A DNA stretch of 64,000 nucleotides. Source: Promethearchaeota archaeon. Its GTDB lineage: Archaea; Asgardarchaeota; Lokiarchaeia; Sigyniarchaeales; SOKP01. Below the pieces are notes generated by a model. That model saw only the letters and a list, made by a program, of their open reading frames with translations. It ran no database searches and had not been told where the DNA came from. Below are positions 1-8,598 of the stretch, one piece after another. How positions within the stretch are numbered: position 1 is the stretch's first letter; every line of letters begins with the position of its first letter. Both the position numbers and the translations under genes were made by a program. Location of the stretch: contig RDOA01000003.1 in assembly GCA_011364925.1 (NCBI GenBank), positions 1 to 64,000 of the forward strand. Reading direction: 5' to 3'.

Positions 1-1010
1 GCTATTAGGTTTGATAAGTTATTCTGAACTCTTTCTCTATTCAAATAGTGTTCTTCACACAATAATGTGTAAAGTTTTTGCTCAGAGGGAATATTCCAAG
101 AGATATTTTCATACTGAGATAATACATCAGGGAGTAAAAATATCTTTCTTACTTTCATCATAATTTCGTGGGTGAGAGAGGAAAAATCGTAGTTGGCTTT
201 CTCGTTATTGATAGTATTTTCTAAGTTCCTATACTTTTTTATGAACTTGAGCGCATGTTTCGGTCCTATGTTTGCGACTCCTGGAAAATAATCGTTCCCA
301 ATAAGAATCGCCATGTCGACTAATTGAAATTGATCGATTTCTAAACGCTTTAAATTTTCTTTTAGGTTAATCGAGAAGGGAATCACCTTCTCGTACCTCC
401 ATTTACCCTGAACCTTTCTTCTTAGCGACTTTGAAAGGTTTTGAACCATTCTAGGACATCCAAACAATAGTGAGTCAAAATCCTGCGAATTTGAATAGTG
501 AGCGATCTTATCTTTAACAAGTTGGGCGCATTGAGATTCAGCTGAGGCGGGAGAGTTCAAATATGGAACTCCCAACGCACCTAATAGCAGTTTGGATTCT
601 TGGATTAGGTTTGGCCATAGATATTCTTTTGACATCGCAATTTGACGCACGAGTTGTTTATCACCCGATTTGTAAGCTGATTCGTACAACTTCTGCGTGA
701 AGCGAAAATCGTTCAACCTATCCTTTGTTTTTATCTTTTTTAGCTCTGAATCGAGCCCGTCAAAACAAAAAATCGGGAATATCTTTTTTGAGTAATAAAA
801 GTTAATCCGATACAGTATCCCATAAAGATGGGAGATAGGACGCTGAGTGCGATCAAGAATTAAGTCCGCGTACGACTCATCAGGGTTCTTTCGTGCGAAG
901 TTAAACAGTCCCATGATTATATTGGGAGCGTCAACCGCAATAACTTTCCCCGCTAACTTGGCGATCTCAACTTTATTTCTTATAATGATATCTTGTAGCT
1001 TAACTCCCAT
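1..1010 (-). CDS. fen: FEN1/XPG-family 5' nuclease, divergent paralog; runs off the left edge
   Basis: Not in the ORF track. Hand translation from ATG 1010 gives MGVKLQDII...IAVDAPN...SHLYG...FCFDG...ESKLLLGALGVPYLNSPASAESQC...SQDFDSLLFG...GNDYFPGVANIGPK, open to position 1. Confidence 0.9.
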   Translation of the reverse strand, partial: MGVKLQDIIIRNKVEIAKLAGKVIAVDAPNIIMGLFNFARKNPDESYADLILDRTQRPISHLYGILYRINFYYSKKIFPIFCFDGLDSELKKIKTKDRLNDFRFTQKLYESAYKSGDKQLVRQIAMSKEYLWPNLIQESKLLLGALGVPYLNSPASAESQCAQLVKDKIAHYSNSQDFDSLLFGCPRMVQNLSKSLRRKVQGKWRYEKVIPFSINLKENLKRLEIDQFQLVDMAILIGNDYFPGVANIGPKHALKFIKKYRNLENTINNEKANYDFSSLTHEIMMKVRKIFLLPDVLSQYENISWNIPSEQKLYTLLCEEHYLNRERVQNNLSNLI

Positions 1011-1061
1011 AATCATAGGATACATGAGTGATATTTAAATAAAAAATAAAGTATGTTGGAA

Positions 1062-1074
1062 TTTTCCTTTATAA
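1062..1074 (+). promoter_or_regulatory. TTTTCC+TATA promoter motif (TTTTCCTTTATAA)
   Basis: TATA starts 41 nt before ATG 1109; the motif recurs before about 10 genes. Confidence 0.6.
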
Positions 1075-1108
1075 GGAGTCAATTAGTGTTGAGTATTAGT
1101 GATTTTAT

Positions 1109-1471
1109 ATGACTAAAAACCAATCAGTTTACATTTTAGAAAAGAAAAGAAAACCGAACAAATTTCTTTTAGTATTTATCAGTATTTTAGGTTTCGTAGC
1201 AATTTATGTGCCATTCTTCGGCTCAAACTTGCGATACATGACCGGTACCGCTTTCAAACTTATCTTCAACTATTTCGGAACCTTTTGTTTGATTGTAGGG
1301 GGTGCGTTCTTAGCAATTTGTGTTCTGAAAGTCATTGGTGGGAAAGTTGATATAGAAGGATTTGTAGTAAGCGTTCTCCTCTTGTGGATTGGTTCTTTTC
1401 TAACTGGAATTCCATTTGAAATCATGGGATTTGTATTCGGAGGGACCCAACCGCCTCAAGGATACCACTAA
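1109..1471 (+). CDS. small 3-TM membrane protein
   Basis: 120 aa, basic N-terminus followed by hydrophobic helices. Confidence 0.75.
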   Translation: MTKNQSVYILEKKRKPNKFLLVFISILGFVAIYVPFFGSNLRYMTGTAFKLIFNYFGTFCLIVGGAFLAICVLKVIGGKVDIEGFVVSVLLLWIGSFLTGIPFEIMGFVFGGTQPPQGYH

Positions 1472-1510
1472 TTTTTATTTAAAATCCCAAAAAAATTAGG
1501 TTATTATTTT

Positions 1511-1735
1511 CTACCTGAAAATTCTGAAGTATTTGAGTCCAGTGCTGAAGCCACAAACAACTAATAGAGCGAGAGAAACTAATGTCAATCCCATCATTTT
1601 GTAGCGTCGCCGGCTACTTCCCCACAATACAAAAATCAGCCCAATAATGAACCCTAATAATCCCACTAAAGAACCGAGGGCAATGAGAAACTCAACTCCC
1701 TCTAAAACAGCCTCGAAGTAATCAAACATTACCAT
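1511..1735 (-). CDS. 74-aa 2-TM hairpin protein with pilin-like (VirB2/CedA1-type) topology
   Basis: Two hydrophobic helices joined by a basic loop (SSRRRYK). The pilin call rests on topology only. Confidence 0.6.
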   Translation of the reverse strand: MVMFDYFEAVLEGVEFLIALGSLVGLLGFIIGLIFVLWGSSRRRYKMMGLTLVSLALLVVCGFSTGLKYFRIFR

Positions 1736-1786
1736 AATGATTATCGTATACTCTAAGTTTATTTAAATAAAAAATTGTGGAAGAAG

Positions 1787-1820
1787 TAGAAAGGTTAGAA
1801 AATGCTTTCTAACCAATCTA
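1787..1820. repeat. inverted repeat between divergent promoters
   Basis: GGTTAGAAA-atgc-TTTCTAACC at 1793-1814, extended by TAGA/TCTA. Confidence 0.7.
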
Positions 1821-1912
1821 AGAAATAGCTAAGGCGTTTTTTCAAAGAATTGCATGTCTAATGAAAAATCTCTGGCTTTAAAACAAAATCACTTCGCGAA
1901 ATTTCTGATTTT

Positions 1913-1925
1913 TTTTCCTTTAAAA
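1913..1925 (+). promoter_or_regulatory. TTTTCC+TATA promoter motif
   Basis: TTTTCCTTTAAAA; TATA starts 52 nt before ATG 1971. Confidence 0.6.
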
Positions 1926-1970
1926 GGGTAAAATTTGTGGTATCTTTAACTTAACTACAAGGCGTTTTTT

Positions 1971-2288
1971 ATGAAGAAAGTTGAAGAAATAGGCACCTGT
2001 CCCGACTGCTCGTGCTCTCTGACCATCTATAAGACAAGCAATTATAAAAGATTCGTGAAATGCGATATTTGCAATGTTTCATATCCGCTCCCTAAGAGCG
2101 GCAAAATTAGCAATTCCGCGCTAGAATGTCCCAAAAATAAGCTCCCATTGCTTATTGTTGAAAAACCTAATCAAATAGCTTATTTTTGGGTAGATCAACC
2201 GTGTTTCAGTTGTATAGATTACGATAGGTGCCCAATTGTAAAAGATTTGATTTCCGAATTCAAAGAATTGCAGGTGTATGGCTATTAA
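1971..2288 (+). CDS. stand-alone topoisomerase-IA-type C4 zinc-ribbon protein
   Basis: IGTCPDC...RFVKCDICNVSYPLP...CPKNKLP...CFSC...C resembles the TopA C-terminal Zn ribbons. Confidence 0.7.
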   Translation: MKKVEEIGTCPDCSCSLTIYKTSNYKRFVKCDICNVSYPLPKSGKISNSALECPKNKLPLLIVEKPNQIAYFWVDQPCFSCIDYDRCPIVKDLISEFKELQVYGY

Positions 2289-3321
2289 AACATGTCAAAA
2301 AGCGTTAATTGTAACTTGCCTAATGATCTCTGGTATAACCGTAGGGATATTATTAAGCAACTCATACTTTCAAGAGGATACAATTCTGATGCCTAATATT
2401 CATCCAATCAAAACACCTAGGACAAGTTCTGAAGAAGTGCTCGTGGATAAAGTTTTTACATTTCTCGCACCTAACGATGTTAAACAGTTTGATAATCTCG
2501 ACCTTCTGGAAGATCTCAACTATTTCGTTTTATTAGAGATTGTAACGCCCCATAATTGTCAGATTAACATATCGGTCATCGATCCGGATTTCGATGTTTA
2601 CCAGATTTTTCGCACCGAGGTTAACATATCTCAAGGGGATCAGTGGTTCGAAGTCTCGTTTGGAACGGCGATCGCGGGAAATTACACTTTTATTTTTTCA
2701 GTGATTGCTGCGTTAAACCTGAATCTGTATATTAAGATTCACTTCGATAGGGACGATAAATGTTTGTACGATATCATCGCTCCCGAATATCTCAACAATT
2801 TGGAGCTTTACCGTGTAAATAAATTTTCCGATGGAACCTTTTTCGAACACAATATCATGCTCAAAACGGATGTATCGTACAAATTTTACCTTGGACGAGT
2901 TTCAGCAATAGGAGGAAATCCGGTGGAAAAAGAAGTGGAAGTTGATTACAATTTAATTGACCCTCAAGATATTGAATTTATTATCTACCAAAACCGAACG
3001 TTAGAAACTGTTGGATCCATCCTCCAGTTCAATTTCGGGACAGCAATTGAAGGAATTTACACTGTTGAAATTAAAATTTTTTGCCAAGTTGATGTGGTAA
3101 ATGTGGCTTACGCAATTGCGGAAGATCATGCAATTAGTACCGGAGTAAATGGTACCACACCTGATCCTGTACCGAGCAATGGAACTAATAGCGGCGTTTT
3201 TTACATGCCAATGGAATGGACGATTGGTTTTGGAGTATTCGCTGGAGGAATCTTAGGATTATTAGTTGTTATTGGCAGCGTTCGCAGGAAAAGAAACTCG
3301 GTAAGCCTAAGAAGCAACTAA
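2278..3321 (+). CDS. cell-surface protein with signal anchor, two tandem beta-sandwich-like repeats and C-terminal TM
   Basis: Internal repeat (IDPD...FGTAIAGNYT vs IDPQ...FGTAIEGIYT); C-terminal TM followed by RRKR. Confidence 0.75.
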   Translation: MAIKTCQKALIVTCLMISGITVGILLSNSYFQEDTILMPNIHPIKTPRTSSEEVLVDKVFTFLAPNDVKQFDNLDLLEDLNYFVLLEIVTPHNCQINISVIDPDFDVYQIFRTEVNISQGDQWFEVSFGTAIAGNYTFIFSVIAALNLNLYIKIHFDRDDKCLYDIIAPEYLNNLELYRVNKFSDGTFFEHNIMLKTDVSYKFYLGRVSAIGGNPVEKEVEVDYNLIDPQDIEFIIYQNRTLETVGSILQFNFGTAIEGIYTVEIKIFCQVDVVNVAYAIAEDHAISTGVNGTTPDPVPSNGTNSGVFYMPMEWTIGFGVFAGGILGLLVVIGSVRRKRNSVSLRSN

Positions 3322-3453
3322 AAATTTTTTTTTTTTTCGATTTTTCGACAAATTTTCGACACATTTCGAATTCATTCATTACCTCAAAGATTTAAAATTC
3401 TCTAATTCAAAATACTCTATCGATTTAATTGAAAGCAATATAATTTTATACTT

Positions 3454-3627
3454 ATGGAACAACCCGACTCGTTTTACGACTGGGAGCAAAATTTTAAGAA
3501 AAAAGCAAAAGTTAAGAAACCTGAACCTAGAGAAGCTCGAATTCTTAACTCAATCGATCTTCCGCACAATTTTTTCAAGCGCTATCTAGAGCTATGGAAG
3601 TCTGAAAACATGAAAAACGAAAGATAA
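3454..3627 (+). CDS. 57-aa hypothetical protein
   Basis: MEQPDSFYDWEQNFKKK...NER*, below the track cutoff; A-rich BRE and TATA (aaagatttaaaa) upstream. Confidence 0.55.
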   Translation: MEQPDSFYDWEQNFKKKAKVKKPEPREARILNSIDLPHNFFKRYLELWKSENMKNER

Positions 3628-3840
3628 TTATAATATTAGAAAAAAAAATTTCTTAAACATGCATTAAATTCCTACTTTCATTTTAACTATAATATAAACC
3701 AAATCCTTTTGTAGAAGATTAAATGTAATATAAACTAAATAAATAAAAATTGAAAGTATATCACTTTTTCATTCTACAATAAAAAATTATATTTTCGTGC
3801 TTTCTCATAAGAAGATTTTTAATTTTGGTGAACGGTAAAG

Positions 3841-5481
3841 ATGGAAAATCGTAGATTTTCAAAGAAGAGGATAATAGTTTTAACTCTTGTGATTATTCCT
3901 TCAGTTACAACGATTGTTATTCTATCGGTGCTTTATACTTCTAATATTTCTCCTGAAAGCGAGGTTTTATTCGTTGAAGGCCCTCTTACAGAAAATACAA
4001 CTTGGTCTGGACTTGTTCATGTAGAAAATTCGGTTGTCGTTCCTGAAAACATCTCTTTAACCATACTTCCTGGAACATGGGTCGAGTTTAGGCACTATCG
4101 GGGGTATAAAGAAGATACTTCTGTAGGCTTATTCATTGCAGGAGGAACTGTAATCGCAATTGGAAGCCCAGATCAACAAATCTGGTTTACTTCCGATGCA
4201 GATTCGCCGATTAATGGTGATTGGGCGGGAATAAGTTGCATCGGTACTAACAACAGCGTGTTCAAATATGTTATAATTGAATTTGGAACAATAGGGCTTG
4301 AGCAACTTGATTCCAGCGTTATCATTTCAAATTCAATAGTGCGATGGGTAAATACGGAGGGTCTATACGCAGAACGATCTCGACCGATAATTGAATATAA
4401 TCTCATATATGGAAACGCTTACCATGAAATTGCTTTAGAACAATTTAATTACGATGTTCAGATTAGATATAATATTTTTAAAGGCGGTCACTTCGGAATT
4501 CACGCAGAAGCAACAAATGTCAACATCGAGGGTAATTATTTCGTCAATTACACGCGTGGAGCTATAACTGGAGGCCAATTTTCTAATTTAACTATAATTG
4601 GGAACAAATTTGAGAACATTTCAGCCATTCCAATTTTACTAGACCACACGACAACCAATATAACCTTAAATAATGATTTTGGATTTGATACCATTCCAAT
4701 TCCAAACCTTGATTTTCCTGATCGTAAACGTATTGAACTCGGTTATATTCCGGGTGATCCACAAGATCAATATTTATATATTTATCCAGTAATTGATGAA
4801 ACGCGCAGGGTTGTGAAAAGGCTAGAAAACGAAATTACCATAGGATCTGCACTAACTTTCTTAAATGGTAGTATATGGCGCTTTAATCTTGCTTCTTACT
4901 CGAAGGGAATCCACCAGGATTTTATCAAAATTGATCCTGCTACAGGAAATAACACAAAATTCTATTCAAACAACTACATTGTCAATCCTCGAGGATTAAC
5001 GAGCGATGGACAATATTTTTGGGTAAATGATTTTACGCTCAGAAAGATCTTTAAATTTAAAATCAATTCGAGCAACTCGCTTGAAATAATTGACTCATTT
5101 AGCGTTCCTAATTCAACTAAAGGAGGCTTATCAAGCCTAGTTTGCGATGGATCGTTTTTATACGCGGTAGGTCATGATGGATCATTAGTTTACAAAATGA
5201 ATTTTACGGGAAATCTAATTTCTCAAATTTCGTATCAAGGTGCACCACTCTGGGGTTCTTTAACTTGGACAGGATCGCACTTTTGGGGATACTCTGGGAT
5301 TTTTTTAACAAAATGGTTTCCTAATTGGACTTTAGCTGGTAAGATATATCCTCCAGCATGGGGCACGGATGCATTAGCTTGGGATGGGACATATTTGTGG
5401 TCCATACAAAAAACATGTGAGCTATGGGCTGATGGAAAGATATTCCAAATAGAAATTATTGATGATCACACACTTTCCTGA
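3841..5481 (+). CDS. secreted or anchored right-handed beta-helix (NosD-like) plus beta-propeller protein
   Basis: N-terminal TM; GxPDQQIWFTS...GDWAGI; repeated I-x-x-N strands; C-terminal GLTSDGQYFWV / LAWDGTYLW blades. Confidence 0.75.
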   Translation: MENRRFSKKRIIVLTLVIIPSVTTIVILSVLYTSNISPESEVLFVEGPLTENTTWSGLVHVENSVVVPENISLTILPGTWVEFRHYRGYKEDTSVGLFIAGGTVIAIGSPDQQIWFTSDADSPINGDWAGISCIGTNNSVFKYVIIEFGTIGLEQLDSSVIISNSIVRWVNTEGLYAERSRPIIEYNLIYGNAYHEIALEQFNYDVQIRYNIFKGGHFGIHAEATNVNIEGNYFVNYTRGAITGGQFSNLTIIGNKFENISAIPILLDHTTTNITLNNDFGFDTIPIPNLDFPDRKRIELGYIPGDPQDQYLYIYPVIDETRRVVKRLENEITIGSALTFLNGSIWRFNLASYSKGIHQDFIKIDPATGNNTKFYSNNYIVNPRGLTSDGQYFWVNDFTLRKIFKFKINSSNSLEIIDSFSVPNSTKGGLSSLVCDGSFLYAVGHDGSLVYKMNFTGNLISQISYQGAPLWGSLTWTGSHFWGYSGIFLTKWFPNWTLAGKIYPPAWGTDALAWDGTYLWSIQKTCELWADGKIFQIEIIDDHTLS

Positions 5482-5687
5482 TTTCACTTACTTAAAGTAA
5501 TCTAATACTAGTCAAATTGTTTGCAGAATTCTTTTTTAATTCAAATCCAAAATTCATCTAACTAGTTCTTGCATTAAAATTACCGGTAAAAATGGATAAT
5601 TGTTGGTGAAATTCGTTAAAATCTTTAAAAATCACAAGCCACACTAGAATTACAAGGCGAAATTCATAAGAATAAGAGGGAAAAATA

Positions 5688-5813
5688 ATGAGAGATGAAA
5701 CAGCTTTTTCACTGGTTTGCTACCTTGTTATAGCCATAATTGTGGGAATATTCCTCTTGGCCGGAGGATGGAAATTTGCACTCATGCTGTTCGTTGCGGC
5801 AGTCCACGGGTAA
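5688..5813 (+). CDS. 41-aa hydrophobic peptide
   Basis: MRDETAFSLVCYLVIAIIVGIFLLAGGWKFALMLFVAAVHG*, with GAGGG upstream. Confidence 0.45.
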   Translation: MRDETAFSLVCYLVIAIIVGIFLLAGGWKFALMLFVAAVHG

Positions 5814-5901
5814 TCTATAAGATGATCTGAATGATAAGTATAAATAGAAGTTATACGAAATTATTTACACCACATAAGTATCAATGAAGGAATGAATAAG
5901 A

Positions 5902-6453
5902 ATGAGCGACCCAGATTTTACAAAATATAAGATTCAAGAAGAACTTCAAAAAGGACTGCCATCCAAAAGAAAAATTTTATCTCTTTTGCTTGATTTGCTT
6001 AAAAAAGATATATACCCGTCTCTATCTGACTCCGAATTTTACGAAATTGTCGGATATACATATCAATTAAATCTCGATTACAAATTAAATCTTGACATGC
6101 TATTTTATCCTATCTACAATCAATTGCAGAAAAGGATCAAGAAACTGTACGGTGACGATAAAAGAGTCGAAATGGAACAATACCTGATAGAAAACTTTAA
6201 TTTCTCTAATCGTGTAAAAAAGAATGTTAGTCAAACACAGAATTTGAAAGAAGCACGCTCCACATCTTCTAAAGTCATAAGGTTTGTTTCTTTTTTGTTA
6301 TTTCTAATAGCAGGTATACTTGTACTTATCGTGGGAATCACTATATACTTCAGCTCCCCTTCAGTCTCCTTTTTTAAAAGAGGCTTCGTAATTGTAGTTA
6401 TTGCAGTTGGTGTGAGTTTAATTATAGTTAGTATATTTTTTGTATCCAGATAA
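5902..6453 (+). CDS. hypothetical protein with two C-terminal TM helices
   Basis: 183-aa ORF with a hydrophobic C-terminus. Confidence 0.65.
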   Translation: MSDPDFTKYKIQEELQKGLPSKRKILSLLLDLLKKDIYPSLSDSEFYEIVGYTYQLNLDYKLNLDMLFYPIYNQLQKRIKKLYGDDKRVEMEQYLIENFNFSNRVKKNVSQTQNLKEARSTSSKVIRFVSFLLFLIAGILVLIVGITIYFSSPSVSFFKRGFVIVVIAVGVSLIIVSIFFVSR

Positions 6454-6526
6454 AGGTTTTGTATTATTTTAGGATTAACTCCTTCTTTTTAAGAAATATT
6501 CCAAAAAGAATAAGAAAAAAAAATTT

Positions 6527-7762
6527 TTAGACGTTTAATAAGATTTTTGCATCTGCTTGCCACTCGACCACTTTTTTAGATGATACTCCGCTAAGAACAG
6601 AGGCAATTGCTTCAGGATCAGAATCAATCAAGTCTTCAACTGTATTTATCCCATTTTTTGCTAGATTTTTCGCAGTACCATCTCCGATTCCTCTCACTTC
6701 GACCAACGAATGTTCTCCATTAACTTTTTCTGATATTTGGTTTTCTTCAATATCATCCTCTTCCTCGAATAAAGTTTCGACTTCGAAATCCAATCCTGGA
6801 CCTTCCGAGACATCTCCTTTCTCAGTATCAGCAATTCCAACGCTTGTAATGTAAAACTCCGCTTCTTCAGGAGGTAAATCAGGAGCGTCTACGATTATCG
6901 CTCTACGCTTTAACGAATTGTTTGAGGAGAATCCCTTTGTTTTAAACATCACCCGGAAGTGACAACCATGCGCAACTATGTTTCCTCCAATAGCGTCATC
7001 GGCAGAGAACATGCCCATCATCTTAGTCGACACTTGATTGGTTAGCAGAATAGCACAATTATAGGTTTCGGCAACTCGCGATAATCCGTGAATCATGTTG
7101 TTGAGAACGCTCTGTCTACGAGCTAATAACCCGATGCCTACAAATTCTGCCCGTAAAAGCGCCATTAAACTGTCCACTACGATTAAACGCACATTCCGCG
7201 TCTTACATAGCGTTTCAGCCTTCTGGATCATTTGCATTTGGTGGTCGGACGAATAAATCCTGGCGTGGAATATTTGCGATAGCACCTTCTTAGGATCAAG
7301 TCCAAACCTTTTAGCAATTCTTTTTATTTTTTCTTTGGAAAAAGTATTTTCCGTATCTATATAAGCTACAGCTGCGCCCAAACCACCTTTCTTCTTAGGT
7401 AATTGGATCGTCACCGCGATCGTGTGAGCTAAATTCGTTTTCCCGCTTTTAAACGGACCATATACCTCGGTGAGCTTTCCTGTTTGAAATCCACCGCCCA
7501 ATATTCGATTTAGCTCAGAGGACCCGGTCGTAATGTATTCCGTGTTCTCGTCAATATCACCCGCTGCGATAAAGTCGGTCATACCTAAAGCGTTTCGCGC
7601 GTTCCAGATTAATTTCTTCGCCGTTTTATCTCCTAAACCTTCGATTTCAGAGATTATATTGTGCGGAGACATCGCAAGGGCTTCTGCTGTGCTAATTCCA
7701 CTTTCTTGAAGGAGCTTAATCTGTCTTGCGTTGATCGATTTTACTTGGTCTAAATCTGAAAT
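6527..7762 (-). CDS. radA: RadA/Rad51-family recombinase with an extra C-terminal HhH domain; probable ATT start at 7762
   Basis: Walker A GPFKSGKT, YIDTENTF, Walker B IVVDS, LTNQV, GGNIVAH. The N-terminal HhH (SDLDQVKSINARQIKLLQESGISTAEALA) extends in frame 30 codons upstream of ATG 7672. Confidence 0.9.
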   Translation of the reverse strand: MSDLDQVKSINARQIKLLQESGISTAEALAMSPHNIISEIEGLGDKTAKKLIWNARNALGMTDFIAAGDIDENTEYITTGSSELNRILGGGFQTGKLTEVYGPFKSGKTNLAHTIAVTIQLPKKKGGLGAAVAYIDTENTFSKEKIKRIAKRFGLDPKKVLSQIFHARIYSSDHQMQMIQKAETLCKTRNVRLIVVDSLMALLRAEFVGIGLLARRQSVLNNMIHGLSRVAETYNCAILLTNQVSTKMMGMFSADDAIGGNIVAHGCHFRVMFKTKGFSSNNSLKRRAIIVDAPDLPPEEAEFYITSVGIADTEKGDVSEGPGLDFEVETLFEEEDDIEENQISEKVNGEHSLVEVRGIGDGTAKNLAKNGINTVEDLIDSDPEAIASVLSGVSSKKVVEWQADAKILLNV

Positions 7763-7898
7763 TTTTCGATATCAACTCCTAGTTACATAATTTGAGATTA
7801 TATCACCTTAAAATCATCTACTTATAAAGAAAAAAATTGAATCTGATCTTTTACATTTAGGAATTATAATCTAGAGGTTTAAAAACATTAATTCCATC

Positions 7899-8378
7899 TT
7901 ATTTGATCCATGTTGGTTCTGGTGCTTTAATCGCAATGACTTCTGCCTTTGCGCACTCAGTCTTACCCGAAAAAACTTTACATGCGATAATTGCCTTGCG
8001 ATCCTTCAATTCTATAACTTTTGCTCTCAAAACAACGGGTTTTTTGATAGATATCGGTTTCATATGTCTCATGTTTATGGATCCTCCAGCAAATGGAATA
8101 AATGGTTTTGATCCAAGTTCGCGACCCTCTGATTTATAGAGAGCAGCAATTGCAGTATTTACACAGTGGCAATCAATTAATGTAGAAACAATTCCGCCGC
8201 ATAAAACTCCTAAACCTGCTTCATAAATTTCTGATGGCGTCCAGGTGCAAATTGTTTCATCCCCATCCCAAAAACTCTTTATTTGCAAACCTAACTTATT
8301 ATTTCTTCCACATCCAAAACAATGACTATACTGTTCTGGCCATAGATCTTGAAAAGCTTGTTGAGACATAATTTTCAT
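7899..8378 (-). CDS. PaaI/hotdog-fold thioesterase
   Basis: HCFGCG..N..GL, GGIVSTLIDCH. Confidence 0.85.
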   Translation of the reverse strand: MKIMSQQAFQDLWPEQYSHCFGCGRNNKLGLQIKSFWDGDETICTWTPSEIYEAGLGVLCGGIVSTLIDCHCVNTAIAALYKSEGRELGSKPFIPFAGGSINMRHMKPISIKKPVVLRAKVIELKDRKAIIACKVFSGKTECAKAEVIAIKAPEPTWIK

Positions 8379-8494
8379 ATTAAATATGGTTTTTTGATTT
8401 AACCTATATTATTATTTATTAGGTTAATCATCATTTTAAGAATTCCTCACGAGTACTCATTTTAAATACAAAATGAATCTGAATGTGGAATAAT

Positions 8495-8510
8495 CATGAA
8501 CATGTTCATG
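8495..8510. promoter_or_regulatory. perfect 16-bp palindrome, probable operator
   Basis: CATGAACATGTTCATG between the divergent thioesterase and fprA genes. Confidence 0.6.
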
Positions 8511-8598
8511 TGAGTAGTTTTTAAGAAGGTAATATTTCGTATAAATAATACCTAGAAGAGATATGGAAATAGAAAACATCACAGAAGAGGTAATAGAT

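Noticed and set aside
847-1038. 63-aa + strand ORF
   Set aside because: It is an antisense shadow of the FEN1-family gene.
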